Of a stretch of 10,966 bases of DNA, positions 7,987 through 10,966 are shown piece by piece. The DNA comes from a virus (lineage: Duplodnaviria > Heunggongvirae > Uroviricota > Caudoviricetes), in IMG/VR virus record IMGVR_UViG_2671180454_000005, one strand, 5' to 3'. Below the pieces are notes generated by a model. That model saw only the letters and a list, made by a program, of their open reading frames with translations, searched no databases and was not told where the DNA came from. Every line of letters starts with the position of its first letter. The first letter of the stretch is position 1. The translations under genes and the position numbers were made by a program.

Positions 7987-8011
7987 AAATGGCTGCACAA
8001 ACTTTACGCAT
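7987..8011 (-). other. 25-bp lom 5' fragment (ATG plus 8 codons, MRKVCAAI) ending at ambiguous base N7986
   Basis: Minus-strand ATGCGTAAAGTTTGTGCAGCCATTT is identical to the first 25 nt of lom at 5848 and 6484, preceded by a GAGAGG Shine-Dalgarno. The sequence past N7986 is J-internal, not lom. Confidence 0.7.
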
Positions 8012-8032
8012 AATTACCTCTCGCTTTTCTGC

Positions 8033-8059
8033 AATAAAAAAGGCGTCATTCCTGACGCC
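8033..8059 (-). terminator. Intrinsic terminator downstream of J (minus-strand hairpin GGCGTCA-GGAA-TGACGCC followed by a T-run)
   Basis: Read directly: plus strand 8036-8059 is aaaaaaggcgtcattcctgacgcc, giving a 7-bp GC-rich stem, 4-nt loop and 6 U on the minus strand. It lies between the J stop (8082) and the lom start codon (8011). Confidence 0.6.
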
Positions 8060-8081
8060 ATTTATTGGGGTTATAAATATT

Positions 8082-10966
8082 TCAACGAATACTGATGCCG
8101 GAAGCCGCTTTTTTGGTCACAATCACCGTACAGTCGGTGATATTGCCTGCCCCCTGATTGCCTTTCTGGAAAATCTTAAACTCCAGAGTGACGCTACCAC
8201 CACCACTAGGCATATCAATAACTGCACTGTAACTACCGGGAATGGCACCTTTAGTTTCTCTGGATGCGATTAATACGCCGTTTTTGCGAACTTCAAAACC
8301 ATAACCCGTGTATCGCGTGCCTCCTGGGTTATTTCCGCTCCCCGGATCGTCATACGCTATACCGTTAAAAATAATGGGCGGAATAATAATCTGGCGGTCA
8401 AAGTTATGATCATCGCTTATGGTGACTGTAACCGTCCCGTTTGGTGTTTCCGTGTTACCCCACGTACCAGCCTGTTTCGGAAATGATTTGGATACAGCTT
8501 TAACGAAGTCACCTCTGACCTGAGTCGCCTCCAGCATGCCCTTAATCGTACAGTTTTCATTTACCGTGACATTGTTGAGCGTCCCGGCGTTCGCATTCAC
8601 ACTGCCACTGATATCCGCATTTTTAGCGGTCAGCTTTCCGTCCGGAGTCAGGGAAAATGCCGATGGATTTCCACCGCTGGTAATGGTGGGGGCCGTCAGG
8701 CGTTTCAGGAACACGTCGTTCATGAATATCTGATCGCCCTGACCAACAAACATCGGTTTTGTGTTGCCATTCGCAGGATTAACCATCGCAATCCTGTCCG
8801 CCGCCAGCAGCACCTGACTCTGCATGCCGTCAGGGGTGTTCTCAATACCGGCACCAATACCCGCGATATAAAGGCGTCCGTCCTGCATCTGCTGCAGCTT
8901 CACAGCCCACATGCTGTTCAGGTTATTATTTGTATCAACCTGAACCTTCTGTATCTGCTGAATTGCCGCACTCTGGTCTTCCAGTTTCTTATTGACGGTC
9001 TGCGTGATTTCATTGCTGACATCCGTAATGGACGTCCTGATTTCAGCCAGGTCAGGCGCAAGCTGACCGTTATCAATCTGCGTCCACAGCTCCTGAGCCA
9101 GATGGGTTTTCCCTATCTCGCCTTTGAAAAAATCCAGATAACCGGATGCATCATCACTCGGCTGACCAACAGCCTCCACGAATGCCGATTTGCCAACGGT
9201 GTTCACACTGCGGATATAAAAGTAATAATCATGGCCCGGTTTGATATTGATACTGGCGGCTATCCAGTACAGCGCCGTGCCAAGATAGCGTGCTGTGGTT
9301 TCAACCTGCCTGATATCCGCAATCCGCTTTTCCGAGAACCAGAACTCAAACTGTACCGTCGGATCATAAACCGCAAGATGCGGCGTGGCGGTTATCTGAA
9401 AATAGCCCGGCGTCAGCTCAATCCGCGACAGCGCTGCCGGTGCGGCAATCCGGAACGATACCGACGCCGGATCGCCCTGCTGCCCCCACGCATTTACTGC
9501 CCGGACTGTCAGCCTGTAGTTCCCCAGCGCCAGTTGTGTGAAGCGGTAAGTGGTTTCCGTCGTCCGGGCCGTGCTGACCAGCCGCTCACTGCCGTCATCC
9601 GCTGTTACGGTCAGACGGAGCAGGAAGCTCACGCCCTTCACCACCTTCGGCGTGTCCCAGCGCGCCAGCACCTGATATTCCCCGCTGTCTGCGGTGACTT
9701 CGGCAGTCAGGTGCTGCACCGCTGGCGGCGTGACACCATTCACCGTGCCGCTCTGGTCGCCGTCAAAGTGCGCCCCGTTATCCACGATGGCTTCTTTTTC
9801 CGGCACATGCTGCACGGCGGTGATGGCATACGTGCCGTCGTCGTTCTCACGGATACTCACGCAGCGGAACAATCGCTGGTGCAGCGTCGGCAGCTTCAGC
9901 CCCCACACGCTGTATTCAGCAACACCGTCAGGAACACGGCTCACTTTTACCTTCACGCCGTCGGTGACGGACTGGACCTCCACGCTGACCGGATTCCCCT
10001 GCCCGTCAACCAGGCTTATCAGCGTGGTGCCGGAGGATGGCAGCGTGATTTCACGGTCGAGCGTCAGCGTCCGGGTCTGGCTGTTCACCGCCAGCACGCG
10101 CCCGCCGGTGCGGATACCGGCATAGTCATCATCGCAGATTTCAATGACATCGCCCGGTACATGACGAAGCCCTTCAGCACCCACGCTGAAATCCACGGTC
10201 TGCGTCTCCAGCAGTTCCGTTTTAATCAGCCACAGCCCGGCGCGGTGTGCCTGCCCCCGGCTGGTACAGCCAAAGGCATCCATCTTCGTGACATTACGAC
10301 CGTAACGGGCAATGGCCTGCGTATCCTCCACAAGCTCTGTCGCCGTCTCCCAGCCGTTATCCGGGTCAATCCAGTTCACCTCAACGGCATTATGGCGGTC
10401 TTTCAGGGCGCTGAAACTGTAGCGGAACGGCGCGCCATCATCCGGCATCACCACATTACTGCGGTTATAGGCCCACACCTTATCCGACTGTCGGTCCTGC
10501 ACGAACGTCAGCGTCTGCCCGTTCCATACCGGCATACAGCGCATCGCCGAGCAGAAATCACTGAGCACATCCCACGCCTTGCGCTGTGTGGTCAGCCAGG
10601 CATTACAGGTGATGCGCGGCTCCGTGCTGCCAAAGCCGTCCGGCACCGACTGGTCACAGTACTGGCCGATGACATACAGCGCCCATTTATCCACATCTGC
10701 CGCACCAAGACGTTTCCCCATGCCATAGCGCGGATGGGTCAGCATATCCCACAGACACCAGGCCATGTTGTTGCTGTATGCCGGTTTTAACGTTCCGTCC
10801 CAGATACCGCTGTATTGCCGCGTCTGCGGATTATAGTTCGACGGCACCTGCAGAATGCGCCCGCGAAGATGATAATTACGGCTCACCTGCTGGCTGCCGA
10901 ACTGCTCCGAATCCACCTGTACGCCGACCAGTGCCGTGTTCGGGTAGCACTGTTTCACATCGATGA
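8082..10966 (-). CDS. J: Host specificity protein J (tail tip / central tail fibre), 5'-partial: the reading frame runs off the window edge
   Basis: Open frame of 958+ codons on the minus strand. The translation ([57 protein letters not shown]... [21 protein letters not shown]...) matches lambda J as I recall it. The track's first 'M' at 10958 is an internal GTG (Val), and the frame stays open to 10966. Stop TGA at 8082-8084. Confidence 0.9.
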   Translation of the reverse strand, partial: IDVKQCYPNTALVGVQVDSEQFGSQQVSRNYHLRGRILQVPSNYNPQTRQYSGIWDGTLKPAYSNNMAWCLWDMLTHPRYGMGKRLGAADVDKWALYVIGQYCDQSVPDGFGSTEPRITCNAWLTTQRKAWDVLSDFCSAMRCMPVWNGQTLTFVQDRQSDKVWAYNRSNVVMPDDGAPFRYSFSALKDRHNAVEVNWIDPDNGWETATELVEDTQAIARYGRNVTKMDAFGCTSRGQAHRAGLWLIKTELLETQTVDFSVGAEGLRHVPGDVIEICDDDYAGIRTGGRVLAVNSQTRTLTLDREITLPSSGTTLISLVDGQGNPVSVEVQSVTDGVKVKVSRVPDGVAEYSVWGLKLPTLHQRLFRCVSIRENDDGTYAITAVQHVPEKEAIVDNGAHFDGDQSGTVNGVTPPAVQHLTAEVTADSGEYQVLARWDTPKVVKGVSFLLRLTVTADDGSERLVSTARTTETTYRFTQLALGNYRLTVRAVNAWGQQGDPASVSFRIAAPAALSRIELTPGYFQITATPHLAVYDPTVQFEFWFSEKRIADIRQVETTARYLGTALYWIAASINIKPGHDYYFYIRSVNTVGKSAFVEAVGQPSDDASGYLDFFKGEIGKTHLAQELWTQIDNGQLAPDLAEIRTSITDVSNEITQTVNKKLEDQSAAIQQIQKVQVDTNNNLNSMWAVKLQQMQDGRLYIAGIGAGIENTPDGMQSQVLLAADRIAMVNPANGNTKPMFVGQGDQIFMNDVFLKRLTAPTITSGGNPSAFSLTPDGKLTAKNADISGSVNANAGTLNNVTVNENCTIKGMLEATQVRGDFVKAVSKSFPKQAGTWGNTETPNGTVTVTISDDHNFDRQIIIPPIIFNGIAYDDPGSGNNPGGTRYTGYGFEVRKNGVLIASRETKGAIPGSYSAVIDMPSGGGSVTLEFKIFQKGNQGAGNITDCTVIVTKKAASGISIR

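Noticed and set aside
6552-8565. Diversity-generating retroelement (template/variable repeat pair) targeting the J C-terminus
   Set aside because: Differences between the two J copies are not adenine-specific (G/C, AC/GG, T/C and other changes are seen), the divergent tails differ in length, and no reverse transcriptase is in the window.
7344-10790. Plus-strand ORFs antisense to J (9102..10790 562 aa; 9694..10125; 7344..8273 spanning N7986; 8536..8733; 6889..7185)
   Set aside because: They are antisense to a well-supported conserved gene, Arg-rich as expected from the reverse complement of a GC-rich frame, and one reads across an ambiguous base. No independent start or Shine-Dalgarno support.
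1-10966. CRISPR arrays, tRNA or rRNA genes
   Set aside because: No regularly spaced short direct repeats and no tRNA-like cloverleaf sequence seen. The repeats present are gene-sized paralogous modules.

Overview
This window is the distal tail-fibre region of a lambda-like prophage, almost certainly enterobacterial, since several proteins are near-identical to phage lambda J, Lom, Stf and Tfa as I recall them. All supportable genes are on the minus strand. From high to low coordinate: J (5'-partial at the window edge), then three successive imperfect copies of a [J 3' end - terminator - lom] module joined at single ambiguous bases (N at 7986 and 5983), then intact lom, then a 5' fragment of a side-tail-fibre gene cut by an IS21-family element end, then a 133-N scaffold gap, then a full 1027-codon stf, then tfa (TAATG stop/start overlap), then about 800 bp of AT-rich DNA with no long ORF. 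The window is clearly draft assembly, so part of the repeat architecture may be artefact. Candidate novelties, all unverified: (i) two divergent J C-terminal receptor-binding cassettes in tandem, (ii) a mosaic Stf with an extra ~250-aa central domain and internal duplications, (iii) an IS-truncated orphan Stf N-terminal domain, (iv) a compact promoter / 33-codon hydrophobic ORF / terminator unit in the AT-rich region. I see no CRISPR, tRNA, rRNA, recombinase or reverse transcriptase. No searches were run; homology statements rest on recalled sequences.
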